Shown piece by piece: positions 19,623 to 29,818 of a DNA stretch of 64,000 nt. The stretch is from Candidatus Latescibacterota bacterium (GTDB lineage Bacteria; Latescibacterota; UBA2968; UBA8231), in contig OZ242318.1 in assembly GCA_965208105.1 (NCBI GenBank), positions 768,001-832,000 of the forward strand. Reading direction: 5' to 3'. A program made the translations under genes and the position numbers. Positions within the stretch are counted from its first letter, which is position 1; every line of letters starts with the position of its first letter. The notes under the pieces are model-generated. The model made no database searches. It had not been told where the DNA came from and saw nothing but the letters and a program-made list of their open reading frames with translations.

Positions 19623-20768
19623 ATGAGGATTACCGACGTCGAGGCCTTCGCGATACGGATACCGAGGAACGGCGGCTCCGACGAACCCGGCAGGTCTCCC
19701 GTGTATTCCATTCCCGATGGAAGGCACCCGATCAAGTCCGATATGCACGAAACCCTGGTGGTGCGCGTAACCACGGACGCAGGTCTGGCGGGTTACGGCG
19801 AGGGCCAGAGTCCTGTTTCACCCGAAACTCCGAAGACCATCGTGGATAACCTGTGTCGACCCCTGCTGGTCGGGGCGGATCCCTTCGACGTGGACTACAT
19901 CTGGCAGCGCCAGTTCGACGGCATGCGGGAGCGGGGACACTTGACCGGGTTCTACGTGGATGCCCTGGCCGCCTGCGACATCGCATTGTGGGACTTGATG
20001 GGAAAGGCGACGGGAAAAGCCGTACACAAGCTGCTGGGCGGCAGGTTCAGGGACCGGATCGAGTTGTACACGGGATGCGCGGGGCGGGAACCGGACACCG
20101 CCGCGGACCGGGCGGAAGCCCTCGTTGCGGTGGGCTACAGGGGACTGAAACTGTCACCCGAGAGGGACCGCCGAAAAACGCTCGCAATCGTCGCCGCGGT
20201 GCGCGACCGCGTCGGACCGGGTATCGCCGTCATGGTGGACCTGCACACCGAGTTCGGCACGGTTGAAGCGATAAAACTGGGCCGGGAGCTTGAGAAGCTG
20301 GACGTCTACTGGCTGGAAGCGCCTGCCGTGCCCGATGACATAGCCGGGCACGCGGCCGTGACCCGGGCCCTCAACATGAACGTGGCCAGCGCCGAGTGGT
20401 ATCGCACGCGCTACGAAATGAAGGAAGCCTTCCAGCGGCGGGCCTTCGACGTGCTCATGCCGGATATCGGCCGGACCGGTTTGACCGAGGGCAAGCGCAT
20501 CGCCGTGCTCGCGGACACCTACAACATCGCCGTCTCGCCCCACGTGGGCGGTGGAGGCCTGCTGTCCATCGCCGCGACCATCCAGCTTTCCGCGGCAATC
20601 CCCAACTTCCTGGTCATGGAACACGGACACGGGTCCTATCCCACCGCATGCCGCATCGCGCTGGATGCGCCGCAACCCGTTGACGGCGCCTTTCCCGTGA
20701 ACGACGAACCCGGTCTCGGGGTTCGGATCGACGATTCGGCGCTCAGGCGTTTTTCCCGTTCGACATAG
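19623..20768 (+). CDS. Mandelate racemase/muconate lactonizing enzyme family
   Basis: DIALWDLMGK, GLKL, VMVD, WLEAP, LMPDIGRTG, VSPH. Confidence 0.92.
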   Translation: MRITDVEAFAIRIPRNGGSDEPGRSPVYSIPDGRHPIKSDMHETLVVRVTTDAGLAGYGEGQSPVSPETPKTIVDNLCRPLLVGADPFDVDYIWQRQFDGMRERGHLTGFYVDALAACDIALWDLMGKATGKAVHKLLGGRFRDRIELYTGCAGREPDTAADRAEALVAVGYRGLKLSPERDRRKTLAIVAAVRDRVGPGIAVMVDLHTEFGTVEAIKLGRELEKLDVYWLEAPAVPDDIAGHAAVTRALNMNVASAEWYRTRYEMKEAFQRRAFDVLMPDIGRTGLTEGKRIAVLADTYNIAVSPHVGGGGLLSIAATIQLSAAIPNFLVMEHGHGSYPTACRIALDAPQPVDGAFPVNDEPGLGVRIDDSALRRFSRST

Positions 20769-20852
20769 CGCAGGCTCTGGCCACCGGGGTGCTTACACTG
20801 CCATTGTACTTTGGCTCGAGCGGCACCCGCTGCATGCGGCGACGCGGGTCGC

Positions 20853-20911
20853 GGACCCTTGACAATGGTTTCAGCGAATGCCATCGTACCGAAATCGGTG
20901 CCTTATTTTCC
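20853..20911 (+). repeat. Dispersed intergenic repeat, copy 1
   Basis: ggacccttgacaatggtttcagcgaatgccatcgtaccgaaatcggtgccttatt; matches the copies at 26002 and 34854. Confidence 0.85.
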
Positions 20912-20970
20912 CACACATCCCTTCGGCGTTCGTAAATCGTGAAGCCATAGACGCAACAGCAAGAGGAGAA

Positions 20971-22035
20971 ATGGTCTCGACTAAGACCAACCAAACACCC
21001 AACGATGGAGCTGACTTCGTAAGCGGCATTGATTTGGCCCGGATGTTCTACCTTGAAGTTGTGCGCCCACTCATAGAAGGACGATCTCATAGTGCCGCAA
21101 GGCTAGGTTCGGGATCTGATGTCCTCGGTTTTGATACTCCTCGATCCACTGATCATGGCTGGGGACCACGACTACATGTTTTTGTGGCAGCCTCCGAGGC
21201 AGATGCCGTTCGCTCGATTATCGATTCCAGTCTGCCAGATGAGTTTCACGGATGGCCCGTATACTTCGGTTGGGACGAGGTGGCCGTTCAGCACCATGTG
21301 ATCGTTGCACCCCTTGGAGAATGGCTTGAATCGCATCTGGGATTCGATCCGCAAGTGGATATCACGGTCCGGAACTGGCTTACGACACCACAACAATTGC
21401 TGCTGGAGGTGACAGAAGGTGCGGCCTTTCACGATCCCGACGGAGATTTGAAACGGGTTCGAAATAAACTGGAGTGGTATCCAAACGATATTTGGCTATG
21501 GCTCTTGGCTTGTCAGTGGCGTCGGATCGCTCAAGAAGAGGCGTTTGTCGGCCGCGCGGCTGAAGTAGGCGATGAACTCGGTTCACGAATCCTGACAGCC
21601 CGAATCGTACGCGATCTCATGAGACTCTGCTTTCTTTTCGAGCGGCGATATACCCCGTATAGCAAGTGGCTAGGCAGCGCATTCTTAAACCTTGGAATTG
21701 TCTCTGAACTCGCCCCGCATTTGGATGCAGCACTCAAGGCCGCGGACTTTCCTACAAGAGAAACGGCGCTCTGCTCTGCCTATGAGTATATCGCCCGTTG
21801 CCACAATCAACTGAACCTCACCCCTCCCGTCGATCCCGAAACCCGCTTGTTCTTTAAACGTCCTTTTCGAGTGCTCGGAGGAAATCGATTTGCCGAGGCC
21901 TGCTTGGCCGCTATCCAAGACGAGTGGTTGAGAAAGCAACCGCTGGTAGGCAGCGTCGACCAGTTTTCGGACAGCACGGATGTCCTGAGCAGTGCAAACC
22001 GATCTGGGTGTCTTACCAACATCTATGACGACTGA
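20971..22035 (+). CDS. DUF4037 domain protein (nucleotidyltransferase-like)
   Basis: GSGSDVLGFDTPRSTDHGWGPR, PYSKWLG; RBS GAGGAG. Confidence 0.87.
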   Translation: MVSTKTNQTPNDGADFVSGIDLARMFYLEVVRPLIEGRSHSAARLGSGSDVLGFDTPRSTDHGWGPRLHVFVAASEADAVRSIIDSSLPDEFHGWPVYFGWDEVAVQHHVIVAPLGEWLESHLGFDPQVDITVRNWLTTPQQLLLEVTEGAAFHDPDGDLKRVRNKLEWYPNDIWLWLLACQWRRIAQEEAFVGRAAEVGDELGSRILTARIVRDLMRLCFLFERRYTPYSKWLGSAFLNLGIVSELAPHLDAALKAADFPTRETALCSAYEYIARCHNQLNLTPPVDPETRLFFKRPFRVLGGNRFAEACLAAIQDEWLRKQPLVGSVDQFSDSTDVLSSANRSGCLTNIYDD

Positions 22036-22101
22036 GCTCCTTTTTCTGACATTCTCACTGTCCAATGACATCTGTTGAAGATTTGTCTGTAGGAGGCCAC
22101 C

Positions 22102-22916
22102 TTGCCAGCCCAAATACATATCGGTCCGCAGAATGGCTCCCTGGTCCTTGCCGGCGGCGGGGAGCTCGGTGAGATCTATCGTAAATTCGTTGCCTTGGCC
22201 GGAGGCAGCAGCGCACCCATAGCCCTCGTGCCCACCGCGGCCGAAAGAGACTACTCCGGCCTGTACGCGCCGGATATGGAGGCGTTCATGCAGGCTGGAG
22301 CGCACAATCTCAACTTGCTGCATACCCGGGACAGAGAGGTCGCGGACTCTGAGAAATTCTCGTCCAGGCTTCGAGACGCTCAAGGTGTGTGGTTCTCGGG
22401 GGGGAGACACTGGCGGGTTACTGATGCGTATCTGAACACCCGGACCCACGATGCACTATTCGCTCTGCTCGACCGAGGCGGCGCAATCGGCGCTCCTCCG
22501 CCGGAGCTACTCTGCAGGGCACATTCATGATCAGAGGGGATATCAGTGGCGCTGAGATCGTCATTGGCGACCACGTTAAAGGGTTTGGGTTTCTTCGCAA
22601 TGTATCAATCGACCAGCATCACCTGGTCCGCAACCGCCATTATGACATGCTGGAGGTAGTTGAGGCCCATCCCGAGCTACTTGGCATTGGGATAGACGAG
22701 GGCACGGCAATTGTGGTTCAGGGCGATGAGTTCGAGGTTCTTGGGAAAAGCTATGTCGCCATCTATGACAACCAGCGGACTTTCGGACGAGCAGGGCGGT
22801 TTTACTTTCTTCGCTCGGGTGACCGATACAATATGCACACCAGAGAAATACTGGAACCAGAGGTCAATGTCAGAGGGTTTGATCGGCTACGGAGCGAAAC
22901 CTGGGAGGGCAAATGA
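22102..22916 (+). pseudogene. cphB: Cyanophycinase (peptidase S51), frameshifted
   Basis: LVLAGGG, VPTA, WFSGG in one frame; SSAGA...IDQH...GIGIDEGT in another; 1-nt loss near 22492. Confidence 0.85.
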
Positions 22917-23027
22917 CCGCGCTTGCGGACAGGTCCCTGGCTTCGAAACGAGATGCGACGTCCACTTGCCCGTCCAATGCCAAGCACAGAACCTCGTAAA
23001 GTCGTTCATAGCCCGACAACCCCTTGT

Positions 23028-24665
23028 CTAGCCCTTGTAGTTAACAAATAGCTGTACCGCGTCCAGGACGAGGGGTGTCTGCATGGATTCATCCCGCTTC
23101 CTCACCACTATCTCAACCCTGTTCTCCCCCCTGTGGACCTGAGAGGGTCTTGGCTGGCACTCCAGCCACTGTCCCCCCGAGTGTGCCTGCGGAGGGCCGG
23201 CTGGCTCGAGGCCGTCGAGAGGTTCATTATTGAGTTTCACATCCAAGTCGTCATTGCTCGTGAACTCCCAGAGGTGGAGACGAAACCGCAGCTCGGGGGC
23301 ATTGCCGGACGCCACATCCTCGCCCACTTGAAAATGGATGCTGACGGGTCCTCCTTGCTTCAGCTCCATTTCGTGCACGTCATTGAAGCTGGAGCCACCC
23401 CCGAACCGGTCCACGCCGAATATCTTGTCCTTGCCAGCCATAGTTGCGGGATCTCCGATCTCGTTCCAAATGCCTTGCTGGGCGAAAAAGGCGTTGAAGG
23501 TGTAGATACCGTCCGCGTCGGCGTTGAACAGGTTCGTCGCCGCAGCCCGCCATGCCGCCATGGTTCCTTCCCACGAATTGAACGTCACCGCGTATGATGG
23601 CCTGTTCCTGCGCGCAGGCTGTCCGCCGTACAGGGTGCCCACCCACGACTCAAATCTCCGGTGGTCTTCCGCCCCCTGATCGAGAAAAGCCCAATGGTTC
23701 CAGAAACTCCACTCGATACAGGGATACACCGGTACTTCGTATTTGTGCCCCAGGTCCACGATCTCCTTGAACGACTCCGTCATTTCAGACTCGTAGTAAC
23801 CGCCTGCAATCAAAATGTCGACAAGGTCTTCCTGCAGCCATGTTTCCAGGTCCAACCCGACGAAACGCGCGTCCGGAAGATTGAACGGTACGCGCGCCGC
23901 CAGCAACACCGGGCGCCCTCTTTGCCGACCTGTTTCGTCTGCCATCCTCCTCAGTCGCCGCACCAGGTCTGTCATCATGTCCAGGTGCTGCTGCTCCACG
24001 GCAAGCCAGTCCAGCGTCTCGCGGAAATACGGGAATCTTTTGAAGAAATCCATTTCTATCCCATCCACGTCGTAGTTCTGGACTACCTCCCGGATCAACG
24101 AGAATATGTGCTCCCGCACCTGTTCATAGCTGAAGTCAAGGTAGGACCAGTATTTATTGTGCGCCTTTCCCTCAATCCAGTCCCCGGGGTCACCCATCAC
24201 ATATTCCGGATGTGCCCGCTTGAAGTGGTCGAGAGGGAATGTCCATCTACGCGAACCCTCGGGAAAGGAATCGGCCGCGTCGTTCATGCGCAACGACCAG
24301 AATACCTCCAGGTCATTCTCGTGGCAGAAATCTGTCTGAAGCCGCAGGTTGTCTCTTCCATAGGTCTCCACGAGCTCCTGCGGTACTCCTTTTCCGTAGA
24401 ACCCGCCCAATTTCGTGTGGTGCGAGAACATGACCCCGGCCATGCAACTGCAGTACCAGATACTGTCCACCTGCGTCCCAACCAGCGGCCTGCTGCGGGC
24501 ATTGAGAAAGTCATCGATCAGCTCGCCCCCGCTGCGCGCGAACAGCTTTTCTTCGAGATCATGACGACGTTCCACTCCGGTCCACGCCTCTCTCACGTCG
24601 TTTCCATCATTGTTGTAAATGATACGGCGCTTGCGCCAACGCGCGGCTCTCCTGTCATCGTCCAC
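23028..24665 (-). CDS. Glycoside hydrolase-like (GHL10-type) TIM barrel protein
   Basis: RRIIYNNDG, SLRMND, YLDFSYEQVR, YDVDGIEMDF; GTG start after AGGAGG. Confidence 0.8.
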   Translation of the reverse strand: MDDDRRAARWRKRRIIYNNDGNDVREAWTGVERRHDLEEKLFARSGGELIDDFLNARSRPLVGTQVDSIWYCSCMAGVMFSHHTKLGGFYGKGVPQELVETYGRDNLRLQTDFCHENDLEVFWSLRMNDAADSFPEGSRRWTFPLDHFKRAHPEYVMGDPGDWIEGKAHNKYWSYLDFSYEQVREHIFSLIREVVQNYDVDGIEMDFFKRFPYFRETLDWLAVEQQHLDMMTDLVRRLRRMADETGRQRGRPVLLAARVPFNLPDARFVGLDLETWLQEDLVDILIAGGYYESEMTESFKEIVDLGHKYEVPVYPCIEWSFWNHWAFLDQGAEDHRRFESWVGTLYGGQPARRNRPSYAVTFNSWEGTMAAWRAAATNLFNADADGIYTFNAFFAQQGIWNEIGDPATMAGKDKIFGVDRFGGGSSFNDVHEMELKQGGPVSIHFQVGEDVASGNAPELRFRLHLWEFTSNDDLDVKLNNEPLDGLEPAGPPQAHSGGQWLECQPRPSQVHRGENRVEIVVRKRDESMQTPLVLDAVQLFVNYKG

Positions 24666-25120
24666 CGGGTTCCTCCTTTTGTGCGGAATCGCCGCGCCCA
24701 TCTGCCGCAAAAACGCCGGGCAACAGACGCGGCCAGCCTTGCCGTAACCAGCGATAAGGTGCCCTATAATTACTAAAGCCCTATCAGCTGATCAAGACCC
24801 AACGGGATGGCACGTTTCTATTACTCTGCGATGGCCATAGCAGATTCCTTTCAGTGAGCAAGGCCGCTCCCGTCACGTCGCGAAGGTCTGCGACCAGAAC
24901 CGGGTGCTCCGGGCACGCCATCCGGCCGGCACGTTCCAACTGTAGAGCTGGACTTTCAGGCCGCGGCGGTCCGGCCCCACCCTGGCCTCCCATACCTGCC
25001 GCTCTCCGTCGCTGACCTCCAGGTCAGTCCGGTAGGTGAATGAACCCTGGGAATTCGTCCGTCGATAGCTCATCGAGCCTTGATCCTCCCCCAGGATGTC
25101 GGTTCAACGTTGGTGTTGAA

Positions 25121-25810
25121 CTAGAAGATACTCCCGTCCAAGGGAGGCTGTCCGCTGTCCGGCACATAATCCCGGAACGCGCCCTTCGAGACCTGTACCG
25201 CCTTTTTCTGATTGAACCTCTCTATCTCCTTGATCGGCAGGTCCGTATCCGGGACGTCCAGAAGCTTCCAGTCCACGGCTCCCTCCAGGTATTCGCCCGA
25301 CAGCGCCACCTCCAACTCGGCAATGTCCGCCCCTTCCTTCTTCACCCACTCGCTCCCGGTGTGGCGCCAGTAGAACTCCTTGGTCAGGGCGCCGTTCTTG
25401 CCAGTGACTCCGAACACGTAGTCCGGGCGGAATTCGCTCCACGGCGGCTGCGGCGCGCCGTAGGTGGCAGCCACCGACGTGTCGAAGAACAGCTCCACCG
25501 TGGTCTCCTCCGAGCCATTAAAGGGCGGGGCCAGAAAATCGAAGAGGAAGGCGAACAGGGTGTCCGGTGCTTCGTTTATCCCGTTTAGGTGGAAGGGGCA
25601 GGAGCCGCAGAATTCGAAGCCTCGAAGGTCAACGGTGCTGTTGGTGACGGGGATCACGTCGTGACGCCCGTCGTAACGACCCGGACCTCCGCCCCAATCC
25701 TCCGGGTCTCCGTCCACGACGAAATTCACTGCGTCCTGAGCCAAAGCCGAACCCATTAAAATCAAGGCAAGCAAAGCGGTCAGCATGAGTTGAAGCTTCT
25801 TTGTTGGCAT
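25121..25810 (-). CDS. Secreted hypothetical protein; in-frame tail continues past TAG to 25070
   Basis: Signal peptide ...ALA-QD, VVDGDPEDW; RBS AGGAGG. Confidence 0.78.
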   Translation of the reverse strand: MPTKKLQLMLTALLALILMGSALAQDAVNFVVDGDPEDWGGGPGRYDGRHDVIPVTNSTVDLRGFEFCGSCPFHLNGINEAPDTLFAFLFDFLAPPFNGSEETTVELFFDTSVAATYGAPQPPWSEFRPDYVFGVTGKNGALTKEFYWRHTGSEWVKKEGADIAELEVALSGEYLEGAVDWKLLDVPDTDLPIKEIERFNQKKAVQVSKGAFRDYVPDSGQPPLDGSIF

Positions 25811-26001
25811 CGGTGTCCTCCCTTGTTAGGGAGTGAATAATACAATTGGAAATTGGGGGAAAGGATAAATAATTATGAATTGCTTGAGGAGTCGACCGCG
25901 GCCTCCCGCGCTACGCCGTGAGCCTTAAGCAGGAGTGCGCCCTCAATATCAGGTCGACCTCTGAAACGCGACAAATCCTTTAAATCGTTGCCCGGTGCGA
26001 A

Positions 26002-26073
26002 GACCAGCGATTCATCAGGGACCTGCCTGACCCTTGACAACGGTTTCAGCGAATTGCATAGTACCGATAATCG
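26002..26073 (+). repeat. Dispersed intergenic repeat, copy 2
   Basis: gaccagcgattcatcagggacctgcctgacccttgacaacggtttcagcgaattgcatagtaccgataatcg. Confidence 0.85.
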
Positions 26074-26154
26074 CCGGAGAAGAAGGTGCTGTCCGATGCG
26101 CGCAGGCAGTTTCGTGGGATCTGACAGGCGCAGAGCGCTGCCCATGGTGAGAAA

Positions 26155-26976
26155 ATGAGGGCGGAATCAAAAAACGAACGTGAAACTGTCGAAGATATCC
26201 TTCTGCGCCTGCGGATAGACGGATGGTGTGTCGTCGACGGCGTCATTCCCGCAGAGCGCGTCGATATCGTGCGCAATGAGGCCGAGCAGGCCACGGCGAC
26301 GCATGGCGTCAGCCGTACATACGACGGTCTGCGCAGCGCCTGGGGCATTCTCGGGTTGCTGCCTTCGTTCTGGCATTGCCTCGCCGATGACAGGGTATTG
26401 GGCATCGCCGCAACCTGGTTTGGACCCCATGTCCGCATCTCCTACACTAATACCCTGATTACGGAGAAGGGAAACGAACGCGGCGGTTGGCACGCCGACT
26501 GGCCGTACAACCAGGAGAAAGCGGGCCGCATTCCCGCCCCCTATCCCGACTTTCCGGTGCAGCTGTCCAGTCTTTGGATGCTGACCGACTTCACGGTGGA
26601 AAATGGCGGCACCTGGATCGTATCGGGAAGCCATCGCATGTCCGATAACCCCACGGGTTCGCTGAAGATAGATCGTTTCGAACCCTACCCGGCCGAGATG
26701 CAGGTAACGGGCAAGGCGGGCAGCGTCCTGGTCTTCGACAGCCGCCTGTGGCACGCAACCGGCACCAACAACACTGATCGATTGCGAATCGGAGTGGTGG
26801 TGCGCTACGTTCCGTGGTGGCTCAACGTGGAGGTCCTGATGCCGGGCTCGGACCAGCGTAAACAACTCGTGGAGGAAACCGGATCGAAGGAGAACGAAGT
26901 CCCTCCCGTAGCGGCCGAGGTGTACGACAAACTGCCGGCAAAGGTGCAACCGCTGTATCGACACTGGGTTAGATAG
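26155..26976 (+). CDS. Phytanoyl-CoA dioxygenase (PhyH) family
   Basis: WHAD, LTDFTVENGGTWIVSGSH, AGSVLVFDSRLWH. Confidence 0.92.
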   Translation: MRAESKNERETVEDILLRLRIDGWCVVDGVIPAERVDIVRNEAEQATATHGVSRTYDGLRSAWGILGLLPSFWHCLADDRVLGIAATWFGPHVRISYTNTLITEKGNERGGWHADWPYNQEKAGRIPAPYPDFPVQLSSLWMLTDFTVENGGTWIVSGSHRMSDNPTGSLKIDRFEPYPAEMQVTGKAGSVLVFDSRLWHATGTNNTDRLRIGVVVRYVPWWLNVEVLMPGSDQRKQLVEETGSKENEVPPVAAEVYDKLPAKVQPLYRHWVR

Positions 26977-27012
26977 GTATGTTGAACCCCTACCAGGAGT
27001 AGCACGCCCGAT

Positions 27013-28536
27013 ATGGAAAAGCGCGGCGCCATGGTATCTATAACCCGGCACATCGAGAAGGTGCTCGGGGAGAGATCTATCGATCCCGATGAGTTCTCCT
27101 TCGCGGTCCTGTCCGACGTGCACATATGGGAGCGCAAGACAAACTGGACCGACCAGGTATTCCGCGATCTTCTCCAGCGCTGCACCGATGCAGGCGCTGC
27201 GTTTATATTCCTCGCCGGGGATTTCGGCACTCAGCAGACGGAGGCGCCCCGGGGCGCCGGGGTCGCAGGGCTTGGGGATGTGGTTGTGGAGACCATCGGT
27301 TCGGTGTCGAACTGTCCGCCGGTCTTCTTCGGCATCGGCAATCACGAGCTGGACGGCGCCGGCAAACGTCACTGGCTGGAGGCGATCTATCCGAATGTGG
27401 TTACCGGCCTCGAGGGTTCTGGAAACGACAGGTTCATCTATTTTTCATTCAACGTCGGCGCCTGTCACTTCGTCAGTCTGGACAGCCACGGCACGGTTCC
27501 CGGCATGGAGCCGATGCGCATCAAGACGGGAAATTCGCACTTTGCCCGCATTCCCGACGAGCAGTTCGCCTGGCTCGAGCAGGACCTGGAGGCGCATCGG
27601 GGTGAGTTGACCTTCGTGTTCATGCACGAACCTTCCGAGCAGGTCGAACATCAACGCCCCTGGCACATGCTGCAGACCCGCGGCCGGTTGATCGGAACGT
27701 TGCAGCGGTTCCCCCATGTGCGGTGGCTCTTTCACGGCCACACCCATCACTATTCGCAAGTGGAGGGCTACGGTCTGAAGATCTGCCACATGGACTTTCA
27801 AAGCGGTTACCTGGTGCGCATCCGGGATGGCGCCGCTGCGCTCCACGATTTGAACGACGGGCTGACGCGGCCGACCTTTCTCGACCTGGCAGCTCACCAG
27901 CAATCCCGCTGGCTGGAAAGAGCCGGACGTCGCGTCTTCCAGGTGGCACCCGACGGGCCCGAGGTAGAGTTGTCGCTGTTTGCTCGGACAGAAGTGATGA
28001 AAGAGGACGGTCTGGTGAAGTCGCCGGATGGCGGTTCCATGCTGCGCGTCGAATCACCGGTTGCGGTCCCTGGGGAAGAAGGTCCGGACCGGGTCGGATT
28101 TCTGTCCACGGACTTCATTCTGGATATCAAACCCGGCACCACGTTCAGCTACAAGATCTATTTTGACCCGGAGTCGGCACACGACCATTTTGCCCTGTCG
28201 CCGTTGATCAATACCCGCGATGAGAGCCCGTTTCCGCTCCTGAGGGATCAGAACGGCGTGCTCATCGACACGGAACCGGAACGACTCCTGGAAAGGGAGT
28301 ACCACCTGATGGTCCAGAGCAATGGAAACTTCCGGGCGCCGACCCTGGAAGGGCGGGCCAACGGCCGATGGTACGAGCGGGTGTGCGATCTGTCTTCGCT
28401 GGCAGGGGGTTGGGTGGTGGGGGTGGTGGCAAGCGCCACGCCGCCACCTGAAAACAGTTATGCGGAAGGTGTCTTGAGGTTCTACCTGAGCTCAATAGAG
28501 ATCTCGACGCCGACCGAGGCCACTACTTCAGGATAA
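27013..28536 (+). CDS. Calcineurin-like metallophosphoesterase with C-terminal domain
   Basis: SDVH, AGD, GNHE, MHEP, HGHTH. Confidence 0.88.
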   Translation: MEKRGAMVSITRHIEKVLGERSIDPDEFSFAVLSDVHIWERKTNWTDQVFRDLLQRCTDAGAAFIFLAGDFGTQQTEAPRGAGVAGLGDVVVETIGSVSNCPPVFFGIGNHELDGAGKRHWLEAIYPNVVTGLEGSGNDRFIYFSFNVGACHFVSLDSHGTVPGMEPMRIKTGNSHFARIPDEQFAWLEQDLEAHRGELTFVFMHEPSEQVEHQRPWHMLQTRGRLIGTLQRFPHVRWLFHGHTHHYSQVEGYGLKICHMDFQSGYLVRIRDGAAALHDLNDGLTRPTFLDLAAHQQSRWLERAGRRVFQVAPDGPEVELSLFARTEVMKEDGLVKSPDGGSMLRVESPVAVPGEEGPDRVGFLSTDFILDIKPGTTFSYKIYFDPESAHDHFALSPLINTRDESPFPLLRDQNGVLIDTEPERLLEREYHLMVQSNGNFRAPTLEGRANGRWYERVCDLSSLAGGWVVGVVASATPPPENSYAEGVLRFYLSSIEISTPTEATTSG

Positions 28537-29764
28537 ATGAACTGGCGGCCATGTGGCGGGTGCCGCCGAAGTTGTTGCCGTCCTCCTCCATGAAGTAATA
28601 GGCGGCGAAGATGCGGCCGTCGTCCAACTCTGTGCCCACCACGTATCCCAGATCCCAATCGCTGGCATCCCCGCGAATTACGGCCTCTGCCGACCAGGTA
28701 TCTCCCTGATCCTCGCTCACGATCACGCCGATTCCGCCCGGAAGCTGCCGGCGATCGAACAGCACCGCGATGCGCCCGTCCCTCAGCAACAGCGGCCAGC
28801 AGGAGCGATAACGCGGACCGGACCGGGCCCCGGACCAGATCGGGTCGCGGCTCAACTTCGTCCACGGAGACTGCCCCCACCCTACGATCGATTGCGGCTC
28901 GCTCCAGGTGTAACCTCCGTCGTCCGAGTGGTTCAGGTGAAGTGCCGTTCGCACGCCGCCGTTGTTCAGGGCGTAACATTGGAGACGGCCGGAGGGCAAG
29001 ACCAGCAGGTTGGCGTAGACCGGCCGTCCGTGGCCGGTGGTATCGCGCATCACCTCGCTCACGTAGTGCCAGGTGAGCCCGTTGTCGTCGGAACCGTAGA
29101 GAACGGTAACACTCTGATCGAGCCGTTCGAGTTGCGAGCGGGGTACCGAACCTCCGGTGTTGCGGTTGTCCGCAGTCGCGGGTACCAGTACGGTACCGTC
29201 TTCGAACCTGGCCACAGGATAGCAGTCGGCGTGAACGTAGCTGTAACCCAGCGGTGGGTTTATCCGAGAGGCGGGCGATGTTTCCCAGGTGCGGCCCCGG
29301 TCACCCGAGCGCCAGGCCAGGCATTCCATGGTGGGCTCTCCGTCCTCGTTCTCTCTTCCCGTCATCGGCCGCCCGAAGTAGATCGCCGAGTCCGCGCTGA
29401 TCAAATCGATTTCCTCGCGCACCTCCCCCGGATCATCGCACTTCCACAGCACCTTTCGATGTGCCTCCAGCGGTCGATCGTAGTCCCACACCACCACCTC
29501 GTTTTCCTTCTCCCAGGTCGCGCCATGGTCGAGGGAGCGCTGCAAAAGGATCTTGCACCGGCTTTTGTATCCACGGGAATCCCAACCGTGCCTGACGTCT
29601 TCGCGGTTCTCGTAGCTGCAGTCCGCGTGGTGGTGGAGAACCGCAATTTCTCCGCTGCCGAAGTTGTAGATACCACACTGGCGCGGGTGGCCGCAGTAGC
29701 GGTCTTTGCTGTAACAGAGCTTGAGGTGTCGTACATCGGAGACTTCCAAGGGCGCGCGTTTCAT
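28523..29764 (-). CDS. Sialidase-like BNR propeller protein
   Basis: Five Asp-boxes (SLDHGATW, SGDRGRTW, SDDNGLTW, SDDGGYTW, SEDQGDTW), DLGY. Confidence 0.85.
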   Translation of the reverse strand: MKRAPLEVSDVRHLKLCYSKDRYCGHPRQCGIYNFGSGEIAVLHHHADCSYENREDVRHGWDSRGYKSRCKILLQRSLDHGATWEKENEVVVWDYDRPLEAHRKVLWKCDDPGEVREEIDLISADSAIYFGRPMTGRENEDGEPTMECLAWRSGDRGRTWETSPASRINPPLGYSYVHADCYPVARFEDGTVLVPATADNRNTGGSVPRSQLERLDQSVTVLYGSDDNGLTWHYVSEVMRDTTGHGRPVYANLLVLPSGRLQCYALNNGGVRTALHLNHSDDGGYTWSEPQSIVGWGQSPWTKLSRDPIWSGARSGPRYRSCWPLLLRDGRIAVLFDRRQLPGGIGVIVSEDQGDTWSAEAVIRGDASDWDLGYVVGTELDDGRIFAAYYFMEEDGNNFGGTRHMAASSFILK

Positions 29765-29818
29765 TGCTCCTCCACGAGAAAGCCGCCTAGGCGAGCCCGG
29801 GACTGGGACCTGGTTTTG

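Noticed and set aside
24784-25073. Short minus-strand ORFs after the secreted protein
   Set aside because: The start is coupled to the upstream stop but there is no recognisable family; probably a degraded fragment and not callable.
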